Source: Macrostomum lignano
Lineage: Eukaryota
DNA: 64,000 nt
Direction: 5' to 3'
Assembly (NCBI GenBank): GCA_002269645.1
Contig: NIVC01002146.1
Span: 124,001-188,000 of the forward strand
Part shown: piece after piece, positions 47,245-59,799 of the stretch
Position numbering within the stretch: position 1 is the first letter of the stretch
Layout of the letters: each line of letters opens with the position of its first letter
The notes under the pieces: model-generated
Seen by the model: only the letters and a program-made list of their open reading frames with translations
The model's database searches: none
Told to the model about the DNA's origin: nothing
Translations under genes and position numbers: made by a program

Positions 47245-49132
47245 TCTTTCAATAGCGAACAGGCCGAGCTCGGCAATCCGTTTTTGCCCAGTCGGCGACT
47301 TGCCCGCAGCCCTCCGCCAGCAGCGACGCCGACGGCGGTTGAGGGCGCGATGGCGCCGCTAGCGTCTTCGCAGCCGCACGACTTTGTAAAATCGACTGAC
47401 AGTGACGGAGATGCGGTCTGTAGCAAGCCTTTGACGGTGAGAGTTTTTGTTAGTGTATGTTGGATGTTGGATTAATGCTTTTAATTGTGACAGTATTTAT
47501 CATGGTTTTATTTGTACTTTGTAGGCTCCTGCAGTGACTATTTCGGAACCGGAAGTGGAGGCAAAAATCGAGTCACGGCTTGATACGAAATCGAATTCGG
47601 TAGCAAATCCGGAGAATGTATCGGCAGGACTGGAAGTAGCGCCTGAAATTCCGAAAGAAGCAGAGCTAGAAGCGGCGCCAGAAGTTCCACAGGAAGAGGA
47701 ACCTGAAGTTCCGCCGGATGTTCCACAGGAAGAGGAACCTGAAGTTCCGCCGGATGTTCCACAGGAAGAGGAACCTGAAGTTCCGCCGGATGTTCCACAG
47801 GAAGAGGAACCTGAAGTTCCGCCGGATGTTCCACAGGAAGAGGAACCGGAAGTTTCGCCGGATGTTCCACAGGAAGCGAAACTGGAAAGGACGCCGGAAT
47901 CGGGAAGAAAAAACGAGGAAAATTCTGCTGATTCCTTGACGACAGCTAACCCGATTGCTGTCCAGGCTGCCACCCAGGGCGACCCGGAGCTGCACCGGCG
48001 GCTGCTGGAAGCCGAGGCCCAGGTTGCGCGCCTGGTTGAAGAGAACGGTCGCCTGCGATTCGATGTGGACTGCTCACACCTGGTGTTCGGCGAATTCGAC
48101 CGCTGCCTGCGCAGGCTCAACGAGCAGAAGCTGACAGGCGATCGACAGGTTGAAGGCATTCTTAGGGAGAAGATTCAGGTAAGATATTCTCATCCATGTT
48201 TTCTGCATGTTTGGTATATGAGGATAAGCGGTTTTATATTATGCCGCTCTGTCGCATGGCAGGCTCTCGAGGATCTCCGATCGATGGAGGCGGCATTCAC
48301 CGAGTTGCATAGGCGCTTCGAACGGTCAAAACTGGTTGTTGAGGCTCTGCGAAATAAGGAGGCTGCACTTAATCGGTGTGCGAGCGAGTGTCAGGTTAGT
48401 AAATGTGCAGGGATGTGCCGATATGCCAGTGAGAGGGGCGATGCTGGTGAGCAGGGAGAGGAGATGCCAGTGAGAGAGGGGAGATGGCAGTGAAAGTGGA
48501 GAAGCCAGTGAGAGAGGGGAGAAGCCAGTGAGAGGGGAGGTGCTAGTGAGCAGGGAGAGGAGATGCCAGTGAGAGGGGAGATGCCAGTGAGCAGGGGAGG
48601 AGATGCCAGGAAGAGGGAACGGAACTGTCATACGTTAAGACCGGGATGGATCAAATAGGTTTTCTGTGAGATAGATGGCAAGCAAGGAAGAACGAGAAAG
48701 CAACCCATCATCTAAGAACCATTTTCTCGTAAAATTTTTGACACAATCAATAAAGTAAATGGTAGCATGGTAGTCTGAAAGATAGTTAATAAACATATGT
48801 AGAGCACTGCATCAACGTCGACGACGTTAATTGTTTAAACAAAGCCAACACCTGACCTCACCTGACAGACTCGCCTCGCGCGCAACGAGCAGCGCTATCA
48901 CGATTTGAAGGCGCTCGCCGAGACCCGGCTGGAGGCGGCCAGCCGTTACTTGGCTGAGCAGCGCCGCGCCGCCGACGCTGACGTGGCCCGGCTGCAGGCG
49001 GTGCTGCGCAAGGCGGAGCTGCGAACTCACAATCTGCAGGCTGAGCTCGACCAGCGGGTGCGGGAGAATGCCGAGCTCACGAGCATCTGCGATGAGCTCA
49101 TTCGTCAGGTGGGACAGGATAGTGACGCCTGA
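47245..49132 (+). CDS. TACC: TACC-domain (transforming acidic coiled-coil) protein; exons 47245-47436, 47525-48178, 48263-48394, 48869-49132; 5' exon(s) not located
   Basis: DLRSMEAAFTELHRRFERSKLVVE and EQRYHDLKALAETRLE...ENAELTSICDELI match the TACC C-terminal coiled coil. N-terminal NPFLPSRRLARSPP. All introns are phase-0 GT-AG. Confidence 0.88.
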
Positions 49133-49199
49133 CTTTGTCTGCCTGTCACCGTGTAAAATAGTGTAAAATAACTCCCAGTTCTGAGCCTGTTTCAGTTGA

Positions 49200-49670
49200 T
49201 ACCACAGATACTAGAATAACTAGATGGCCCACTCAGCACATTTGCGTGTAAGCTACTTTCAGTTCAGTAGTAAGTTAAAGTGAAGCGTTTTAATGTATTT
49301 TTAAAGACATGGCTCATTTATTGGCTCTTACCCCCAGATTAAAACCTTCCAACCGCGCCTTTCCACACTACCCCCGCCCCGCCGCAATTTTTATTGCCTT
49401 TCTCGGAATTCAAGCCTAAAGCTGCCATGTACATTTCAGTGGGCTAATGTACAGTATTACTGCTAAACCAATCAGCAAGCTGTTTAAGCCCGCAAGCTTG
49501 GTCGAACTTGGTAAGCTTATGAAAGTCATTTCAGCTGCCTTTATTCTTATAAAATAGCTTATGTATTCTTCTTTGCTACTGAACTGAAAGTAGAAAGCTG
49601 TTTTACTGACTATATATGCCTGAGTGGCCCATCTAGTTATTTTAGAATCTGTGATTGATACTTTGCTAGC
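49200..49670. repeat. MITE-like inverted-repeat element (family of 35140-35640)
   Basis: AATAACTAGATGGCCCACTCAG near 49215 is inverted near 49620-49645. Confidence 0.6.
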
Positions 49671-50363
49671 TATTGGTTTCTTCTGAGCTGAGCTGCTGAG
49701 CTGCAGTTTCACACATTTTTATTTTATCATTTTCATTTTTATCAATAATCATTCTATAATTTGTCCTAACTATTCTTGTGTTACACATTCCGCATGCAGT
49801 TTGCTTTTGCAAGCCCGTGCATTATTGGGTGATATTGCGTGCAGGTCTTTTGCCTCTGATCTATTTGTTGGAAAACTTTTAAATGTTACTTTTTGCACAC
49901 AGCTTATTGTAGAATGCGTCTGTGCAACCGAACTCTTTGTTTTGTCTTCTATTGTCTAAATCTGTACGTTAAGCAGCTGATCGTGGCAATTGGTCTTTTG
50001 TCTTTATTTTCCTCTTAGTCTTGCTGCTGGTTCCGGTGCAATCACCTTCTGTTTTATAATTGTCCGATATCTTCTGTTCTTATCGCTAAACCAATTTGTG
50101 TTCAACATTTCCTAGTGCCTTGCGCAGTTAGGAATAGTCACATTATTGTTAGTCAGTTTTTGGCGAAAATATATTTGCTTTTTTGTAATTGAATAAAACC
50201 TAAACGCTTTTAGAGTTTTTTGAATATCAAATCATGAACTGGAATCTCGACCTCTGTGGTCAAAATGAAAATTTATTAAATGTTTTCAGATAGGCTCCTT
50301 ATAAGACTGCTTTTTTTCAGCAACACCATCGAGCACAAGCAACGTGTAGAAAACAAGCTTCTA

Positions 50364-51669
50364 CGAGGGATACTCCAAAAGTTTTGCAATTCAACCACTT
50401 GCGCAAGTCGCACAATCTTCAAAACCAACTCTCTGTACAATAAACATGTACATAGTCCCCACCTCAATTTTCAAGTGAATTCATACATATACGCCTGCTC
50501 AGCCCCCAGTCAAAGTCAGAGACTCCTTAACTGTACAGCTGCAGCCATGGAATTGAATCGTGAGCAGAATCGGCTACTAATTTGGTACTGCCACAAGCGA
50601 AAGCTCACGGCGCTTGAGACTCATGCCGAGCTACTAGCAACATTGGAGGCTCAAGCGCCGTCATATGCTACGGTTACACGCTGGTACCGCGAGTTCCAGG
50701 CCGGCAGGACCAGCTTTTCTGACGACCCCCGGCCCGGGAGACCTCCGACAGCAGCGACGGAGGAAAACATCGCTGCAGTGCAGGAGCCGATTCATCAGGA
50801 TCCGCGAATCACCACGGACATGCTAGCTATGAATGTCGGCATTGGATCGGCAGCGGTCGATACGATTCTACACGATCACCTGAGAGTCAGGAAGCTTTGT
50901 GCCCGATGGATACCCCACATCCTGACAGATGCTCAGAAACAGGCCCGCAGGGAGTTCTGTCAGTTTCTCATCGATCGATATGAGCACGGGAGCCATCAGC
51001 GCCGCTCTGAGGTCATCACTGGTGATGAGACGTTTCTCTATCATTTTGACGTCGAGACAAAGCGCAGCAGTGCAGAGTGGGTGCCGAAAGGTGGTCAACG
51101 ACCCCTGAAAGCAAGGCGGTCCCGGTCCCAGGGCAAGCGGATGTTTGCCATCTTCTTCGACTCACAAGGCGTGGTGGCGATGGTGAAGCTGGAGGGTCAA
51201 GCTACAGTCACTGCTCGATGGTACACTGAAGAGTGCTTGCCAGTCGTGATCGACAGCGTGACCCAGAGGGCGCCAAGGACGGGAATGCGAGGGCAGAAAC
51301 TTCACCATGACAACGCCCCCGCCCACACGGCTGCTGCAACTCGAGCGTTCCTGGACCAAGAGGGCATTTCAACACTACCACACCCGCCCTACTCACCAGA
51401 CCTCGCCCCTGCGACTTCTGGCTCTTTCCAGAAATCAAAAAGTCGCTTAGGGGGCACAGGTTTCAGTCCGACGAGGAGCTGGAGCAGGCGGCGAAGGAGG
51501 CGATTGACGGCATCCCAATTGAAGACTTCCAGGGCTTGATGAACAAGTGGCTCGGACGACGCACAAGTGTTTGCAGTTCCGGGGAGCCTACTTTGAAGGA
51601 TTGTAATAGAAAAGTTTGGCAAAATTAACTTTAAATAGTTGAATTGCAAAACTTTTAGAGTATCCCTCG
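50364..51669 (+). mobile_element. Full-length mariner (DD34D), transposase from ATG 50547 with two apparent single-base frameshifts near the C-terminus
   Basis: 32-bp TIR with 1 mismatch (CGAGGGATACTC(C/T)AAAAGTTTTGCAATTCAAC), TA flanks. WIPHIL, ITGDET, LHHDNAPAH and YSPDLAP(CD) motifs. Confidence 0.97.
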
Positions 51670-51832
51670 TACCTCTATAAGGTAGTATTTTCAGGATTTT
51701 TTTAACAGTGAAGACGAACACTTTGCTACAGATACATCGGCCATACTCGTACATATACGCTCGTACATCCCATTGGGATGAGAATTGTGTTGTGGGCAAA
51801 TCTTGCGATAAAACTCAATAAGTCTCCATTAG

Positions 51833-53870
51833 GGAATACAAAATCCCGAGTTTTGCCAATCCCGGGATTCTCGGGATCGGGATATCCCGGAGATGGAGAG
51901 CTGGTAGCCTAGGTTGTGGTCCGATGGCAAGGTCCAACTCCAACTGTTCTAATCCCAACTACGATCAAGGAGTTTTGAAGGTATAGGGACTTACTAATAC
52001 AAAATCGAGAGTTTTGCCAATCCCGGGATTCTCGGGATCGGGATATCCCGGACTTTGCCAATCCCGGGATCCCGACAAATTGGGCCGGGATCCCGGGATT
52101 TAAAAAGTTTAATCTTTGTTGATGCAACTTTGGTTTACGAAGCCATCTAATCTGATTTTATAGGGCTTTCAAAATAAAGTAGAACAAAACAAAATATTTT
52201 GCTAACAAGAAACTGACAATGAGCTCTGAATTTGGAGTGTGATGTACGAACTGGCATAGTAGACGTTCTTTTTTACATGCCAGGATCAGCTCAGGAAAAT
52301 CCCACTTTAATGTGATGTCAACTGAGGATTGGGGAATGATAGCTTACAGAGCTATGGCCCGAGGCACTGTTCCAATCCCAACTACGGCCAAGGAGTTTTG
52401 AAGGTACGGACTGCTTAAAGTACATGTAGTTCTGCCACCACCCCTAAGCTGGGAATCTAAAAGGTGTCCTGACAGTGCTGAGAATGAGGTCTTTTGCATA
52501 GGGGGCAGGGGCTTCTGATCTGCGCAAGGTCGAGGCCCCCTGATTTTACGCTCGTAGCTGGGTTTGAGATAGAGGGGGGGGGGTTCAAATCAACAATGAT
52601 TTGATTCCCGTCTGGCAAGCTATAGCGCTGCATGTGATCGGAGACAATGAAGAATTGGCCTCTATTGCTTTAGGCTCTGTGCACAGGTTTTAGAATAACA
52701 ATAAGTACATTAGTCTGCGAGTAACATTCACACACTTGCATAACTCGTATGTACATTTTTACACCTGAAATCTCCTTCGATATGCCAATGCTAACAGCTT
52801 CAGTTTTGTATCCCTGTAGCCCTAGCCTTCTCACTAGCCTGCATGTTTAAAAGATTAATAAATCAAAGCAGGCCGACTCGGTTATGATTATGAATTATGA
52901 TTTTCACCTGACAGTAGCTCAGCTGCAGATACTATACTACTCGAGAATGAATGATTGAATTATTGCAAACCGGGATTGGGATCCCGATGGTCGATACCGG
53001 GATTTTCGAATCCCAGACAAGTGTGATCCCGGTAGAATCCCGGGATGAAATTTATGAAGCTTATGAAATTTCGAGCTTATGAAAGCAACCCGGATAAGGG
53101 AATACAATCCCGGGATCCCGAAATCCCGGGATTAGGTCCAAATCCCGGGCCGGGATTTCGATTATGCCTGAGGGTTGCTTTCACAAGCTCGAAATTTCAC
53201 AACCTCGAAACCAGTTACTTTCATAAGCTCGAAATTTCATAAGTTCAAAATTTCACAACCTCGAAAACCATTCTAGCAGCCCACTTTCACAAACCCGAAA
53301 CTTCACAAGCTCGAAATTTCATATCCTCGAAAATTATCCGCGAAGTCGGCTGCTAAAATGGTTTTCGAGGTTGTGAAATTTCGAGCTTGTGAAGCGGCCC
53401 CCCTTATCCCGGCCCGGGATCCCACGGGATCGAAAATGTTTCTGATTTTTTTGGTGTAATTTTGGTTTACGCAGCCATCTAACATGATTTTAAAGGGCTT
53501 TCAATGATAAAGGTAGAACAGAAAAAAATATTTTGCAAGCGCAATGAGCTCTGAATTGATGTGTGATGTACGGGCTGGCGTAATAGACGTGCTTTTTTAC
53601 ATGCCAGTTTCAGCTCAGGAAAATCACACTTGAATTTGATGTCAACTGGGGATTGGGGAATGATAGCTTACAGAGCTATGGCCCGAGGTACTGATACCAG
53701 GGTAGAAGGGTATCAGACCTCACCCTCCCAGGGGCACCCGCCACCCGCCCTAGATGGAGAATTGGTAGCTTCGGTTGTGGGTGGTCCAATCGCAAGGTCC
53801 CACTATTCTAATCCCAACTTCATGTGGATGTGGCCAAGGAGTTTCGAAGGTAGGGAGCTAGTAGAATGAA
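51833..53870. repeat. Cluster of CCCGGGAT-rich MITE fragments, a CACAAGCTCGAAATTT-type MITE (~53172-53401) and diverged partial copies of a ~400-bp unit
   Basis: Repeated AATCCCGGGATT motifs. Segment 52190-52370 aligns with 53520-53690, and the CTAATCCCAACT..CAAGGAGTTT.GAAGGTA block occurs three times. Confidence 0.65.
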
Positions 53871-55770
53871 TGACCTCAACCTCGATTTTCTATTTTCTGC
53901 TGTAAGCCTGTAACATGTGTGTGTAATGTAAGCAAAGAGAGTAGCGGAATGGGCGACCCTCGCCTCCCCGCTGTGTCTACGGACCACCCTGCAGCTAAAG
54001 CAAAGAGAGAATTTGATTAGTTTCATTTTCAAGCTTTTGGATTCTAGAAAAAAGCTCCAGAGGTCAGCTCTTGAGGAGATGCTAAGTTTAAGGCATCCAT
54101 TAAATAGTTCAGAGTGTCCGTCTGACTTATTTTCATTTGTAAAAATGGAAGCTCTTACTCGTACGATATAGCTTCAGTGAAATTGGTTAACTCTCCGTGC
54201 AGACGCCTTATCAACTTTACAACTCCCGCAAGTCTTAAACTGTCTTTCTTTCCCTCTCTGTCCCTTTGATCTGATTGGCTGGGACTGGCCCCGTGTTTTA
54301 TTGTGTTTAATGGCTTTCAAGGCCACCCGGCCGGCTTTTTCAACAAACGCGCACCCCCAACCCCCTTCAATTCTTGCATTCAAAGTCAGCATGCAGTGTA
54401 TTTTATCAGCCCCCCCCTCGATTTCGGTTACAATTATCGATCGACTTTCTGCCTGCCTTATCTCTTGGTGGGGTTGGTTTGGTAGGCCGCGCCAGTCAGC
54501 CAATAAAAGATTTGAGACCATAATAAAGGCTGCTGCATGCTTTAATGAATACCGACTCTTGCCAATTTCGTGATGGCCTTCGGCCATTTACGTGCAAGAT
54601 GGCATCGCGAACACATCTTTCCCTATCCTTCAGTAGATAATCCTTGCATTCTGCAGGCAGAAATCTTCGAGGTCACTACAAATCTGGTGAGAATACTGGA
54701 TTAGTGCTGATTTGCATTTTATATTTTGTGCATTTTTATTTTATTAAATTAGTCATTTCAAGCCATGGAAAAGTACAGTAGGTACGCAGCAATAATTTAA
54801 CGCAGCAAAGTAGGACTTTGCCGGTCAGTGCTACTTTAGATCTGATTATGTTAACCATGACTCCAAGCCTTTTGCCTATATATAGTAATACTAATGTAAT
54901 AGAATATACAATATAGGGATTATAGTAGTACTATATATTCAAATGTTTTGAATATCCTAAGCAAGTTCTAGGGCTACGATTCCTACGAATCAAGGTCTTT
55001 TGAGTTAGTTTTAGGGAAATGTAGTTTACATTACAACAGAGCCAGAACAGAAGCAGAAGCAAACGGTTTTTATTTAATAAATTTTACCTGAAATACAGAC
55101 AATTCCAGATGTAATTCTTTTTTAATGTTTTTATCTATACTGGCCTATATCTTCGAGATATCTATGTGTATATGGCGAAATCCAAAAACGTGGGATAAAA
55201 CGGTAAAACAAATCTGCGGACATTCGATGGAAAGTAATGTATCTAAAAAAGGTTTTTGAAAGATAGATAGGTCTTTAGAAAATAGTTCTGGATAAAAACT
55301 ATTGTTTTCATGCTTTATATTGTTGAATAAATAAGAAAAAACCACAAAAAAGCATTTTGAAAGTCCGAGTTGACCGATTTGCAATTTTTTGTTTCACTTT
55401 TTTTCATTATTAAACAATTAATTTTAAGACTTGTAGGCCTTAGAGAAGGCTAATTTTTTTACTACTTACAAAACAGAAAGTAATCTGTGTTTTACTTTTT
55501 ATTCAATTCAAAAAGATGAAGTATTTCTAAGGATTTCAAAGTTTTTCTAAAACCATATAAACTCGCAAAAATTCATACTAATATAAAGTGCAAAGTTTGC
55601 CAGCAAACATCTTTTTCTAAAAGTAAATATATCGCTAATTCCTTGTTGCAAAATAATCTTTAAGTTGTTTTCTTTCATTTAAATATCAACTTGCATAGTA
55701 TTAGTATTTGTAATATGCCTATATTTAGACTTAAAAATTTTGGGTAAAAAATGGTACCACAAAATGTGAA

Positions 55771-56470
55771 CCCGGCATCCAAATCAGATGCTTACTGTAT
55801 GCTCATTAAGCGACGAAGAACAATGAAATTACACTAAAACATGTATCATCGCGGCGTGTATGCAGGAAAAAAAGAATTTTCCAAATCGCTTCAGTAGAAG
55901 CTGAGTAAAATGCAATTTTCCAATCCTTATGGGAATTCCAATGTGTTACCCGGCTTCCAAATCAGATGCTTACTGTATGCTTATTAAGCGACGAAGAACA
56001 ATGAAATTACACTAAAACATGTATCATCGCGGCGTGTATGCAGGAAAAAAAGAATTTTCCAAATCGCTTCAGTAGAAGCTGAGTAAAATGCAATTTTCCA
56101 ATCCTTATGGGAATTCCAATGTGTTACCCGGCTTCCAAATCAGATGCTTACTGTATGCTTATTAAGCGACGAAGAACAATGAAATTACACTAAAACATGT
56201 ATCATCGCGGCGTGTATGCAGGAAAAAAAGAATTTTCCAAATCGCTTCAGTAGAAGCTGAGTAAAATGCAATTTTCCAATCCTTATGGGAATTCCAATGT
56301 GTTACCCGGCTTCCAAATCAGATGCTTACTGTATGCTTATTAAGCGACGAAGAACAATGAAATTACACTAAAACATGTATCATCGCGGCGTGTATGCAGG
56401 AAAAAAAGAATTTTCCAAATCGCTTTAGTAGAAGCTGAGTAAAATGCAATTTTCCGATCCTTACGGGAAT
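55771..56470. repeat. 178-bp tandem repeat, about 4 near-identical copies
   Basis: Unit starts at 55771, 55949, 56127 and 56305. Confidence 0.97.
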
Positions 56471-57479
56471 TTGTATGTTTAAATAATAAACTTACGTTGA
56501 ATACAATTTATTGCAAACGAACTCTATAAAATACACGTTGTCAAGAGTAACGAAAGTGATAAACAAATAAAACCTTAAAATAATGTTAAATATGTTGTAG
56601 AATTATAGAGTGTAACATTATAAGATAGTTAAAGTTAATAAAATACATTATTATAGCTTTTCAATCATTTTCATTAGACTCATTTTAGGTCGTAATTAAA
56701 CTTACCGTTTTAACAAATCATTTTATTAAAAATAAAGCTATACGAAAATAATTTGTGCTTTAATAGACTTTTTTACTTTTTAAAAACTTGAATAAATTTA
56801 TTTTATAGCTTTATTGCTTTCAAATTGCCAAAAAACGAATTTTCATAAAACTTGCCCCCGATTTTTGGATTTCCCCATAGTCGATTTTGTATTCTACTAA
56901 CTACTTCTATACCACATGCTACTATGCTACTGCTACTATCTATAATGTGAACTCTACTTTATACCTGCACCTTCTGCCTAGAGAAGATTGCTTGGAGATC
57001 ACAAAGTGAAAAATTGGGTGGGTAGCAAATTTTCCAAATTTGAAATTATACTTTCAAAAGCTGGCAAAATGGCAACCCGACCAAAAATAAGTTTTCCATT
57101 TATAAAGTAACGGTGGCAACAGTGCCACAATTCCCGTCGTTCTTGGCCTCCACCCTATCCTCACAGCGGAGGCCAGTCAGCTGATACGAGCCGTGGAGAC
57201 CAAGGTGGAGGGTTGAGCCATGCGGGAGCTGTCCATCCGAGGGTGACGGTGGCCTTGGTTGTACCCTTGTGGTACACGATACCACTTGCATCAACATTCA
57301 GGTGCCGCTTGAGCAGAAGCTGCCGTAGCTGCTCCCTGGACTTGATTGCGCTAGCTTCTCAGTATCAATTCAATCCTCTCAGTATCAATCTTCTCGGTAC
57401 CTATAGTCGTATAGAATGTAATAATACAAATCAAGAATTTTAGCCATTTAGAAAAGGCTTTCTTGAGCTTTTTTTCCCA

Positions 57480-58330
57480 GTCAAGAGACAATCGACCATA
57501 CGAGCTAGTATGGGGGAGTTATCACAGCATTCTATTGTTTAGTTTTAGATTGGTTGCGGCGCGGAGCGCTGGAAACTTTCTCCAAAACAAACGATTGACT
57601 ATCCAGCTAATACAACCAAGCAGATACCCATTATTAGACCCAAGAGTTTTTGTTAAAGCGCACACTTGGTGAAAAGGGATCAAGTGCTACACAGTAAAAG
57701 CGCGGTGCAGGAGGAATTTGATGAACCCAACTTTCAAGTTAGCCACCACGGCATCAAAGTATAAAAGCAGCCTAGTGAACGCGGTAGACTTAACTGGCGA
57801 CTCTGTCCGGAGCAGTCAACCTCTGTCCAGAAAAGGAAGCTTCTTTTATCCACCCTCAACTGTGAACTTTTGATGGCCTCAAAAAATTCCGAATGGTCTT
57901 TCTAATTCCCAAACATGGCAAACGTGTCATCCACGTAGTGCTTGTAAAACAGCGATTCACATGATATTTTTGACCTCTTTTCTTCCCATGAGCATGTACA
58001 GATAGCAAGAGTAGGGAATTACGGGCTACCAATGGCACAGCCATCGATTTGGCAGTTATATTAGTTCTCAAACATATAAATCCCAGAAACGGCCAATCCT
58101 ATCTTTCTTAAAAATACAAATCTAGAGTAGTCAGAGGATCACATTGGTAGATCTAGTCGGAGAAAAGATCGATAGCACATTTAACAGTGATGTTGGTAAA
58201 CAGATATGCCACAAACTAAACACTAAATCACTCCCATTGCCATTCCCATGACCAATATATTTCATAAATTCTCTGTTCGATCTCAGAATAATTCTGAGCA
58301 ACCTTCTAAGGCGGTGCTGTGACAAATAAA
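57480..58330 (-). pseudogene. Penelope-like element reverse transcriptase relic
   Basis: Minus-strand LFTNITV..AID, QIDGCAIGSP, LFYKHYVDDTFAMF, IKFLLHRAFTV and NNGY motifs, with stops and frameshifts. Confidence 0.8.
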
Positions 58331-59799
58331 AAAATAAGCCTGTAGAGAGCCTTTGCACTGAGCCGAACACTGCTGCAGAGGACGGAAAATGCTGACAGAC
58401 CTTAGGATTAGGATAGAGAAGGGGAGGGGTGTTTCACGCCGTAAAAATTAACACTGTATTGCTTCCACTAAAGCAGTTAAGTGGCAGTTGTACAAATTTA
58501 AGTGCTTGATGCACGTACTGCACGAGTACAACACTGTCGCAATGTGATGTATGCGCGTTCCACTTCGTATTGTGGCGCGTCGTCCAACGTCAGCCAGAAG
58601 AAAAACGACGACAGCAAGTTGAAATGCTGTGCGCACATGTCGGGGAACACCATCGGACCGTTCAGTAGAAATCTGGCTTCCAGCTCTTGACCCCCCGAGA
58701 TAACCGAGGTCGCGCAGATTCCGTGGTAGTCTCTGTACCGCGCCCCTCGGAATGCGGATCAAGGCAGTCGTCAGAGCGTCGGCGAGTTAAATAGATCCTT
58801 GTGGATATAGATTAACTGCATTTTGGCCGCAGTTTTTCTGATTGCAAATAAATCGGGAACGACTAATAGGCAGAATTCACTCATAAACCTGCACTCGAAT
58901 CTCCCCCTTAAGTGAGCTGCGTGAGCTTCCACTTGACAGGTAGGTCCCTTGCACAGCTGAAGGAGCCACTACGGTGGGGTTGGTGTTAAAATATGGGGAT
59001 TTTTACTACAAGCTTATGTGCGGTTGCTGGCAGCCACGCTCTGTAGCTAGGGCGACATCTTCACCAACGGGAACAGTATACGGATGTAATATTTGTCGCA
59101 CCATGGACACCGTTAGTGTTCGACACCGATTGCCTAAGTCCACTGTAGTGCGTCCATCATGAATTGCATTAGACGAATAGGAGATACGCTGCAGAATTCA
59201 GCTTTTTGTCTACTGCACCAGTAGCCGCATGTCACCACGCGGTTAGATTTTAGGCGGTCCGGTAGTTCCACCACGTACAGGTGGACAGATTTTCAATAGG
59301 GCTTGCAATATTATAATAGTAGTACCTACGAGTACTGATAGCTGATCGCGGAACTATAATATTTAGTTATAGTTACAGAACAGGCGTGAGGACGCGCTGC
59401 CCTTTAGTGATACGGTACGGTAGCACAGTCCTGGCAATTCCAAAGGAGGAACACAGAAAAGGCAGCGCTTACCGGTCGAGTCACGTGATTTCGCTTTTCT
59501 TAGTGTTGGCCACAAAGTTCGTCCTTTTATTTCTTTACTTCTACAATTTAGTAACGTTTAGAAGGAATATACTCAAATGTACTCGAAACTAAAAAATTAA
59601 GTATTTTGGGATGGTACTCACCGTTCTTCCGCATGGGCTGCCACCGCTGCGCAGAAAGTTTGTGCTTTATGCATTTTGTTTTATTGTACTAATAGAAATA
59701 ACAATATATAGGTAGTCTACTGTATATTATTTTTTAAATATAGGCACTAAAACTAAGGTGCAGGAGTGAATAAAATAGGGCCGGGTTATGATTGTGAGT

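Noticed and set aside
53640-53705. C/D-box snoRNA (ATGATAG...CTGA, also the ~52330 copy)
   Set aside because: Box C is a poor match, the span is too short, and the D box is not conserved in the second copy.
54174-54610. 137-aa minus ORF / promoter-like segment with CCAAT and CAAGATGGC motifs
   Set aside because: No recognisable domain, splice structure or linked gene; too weak to call.
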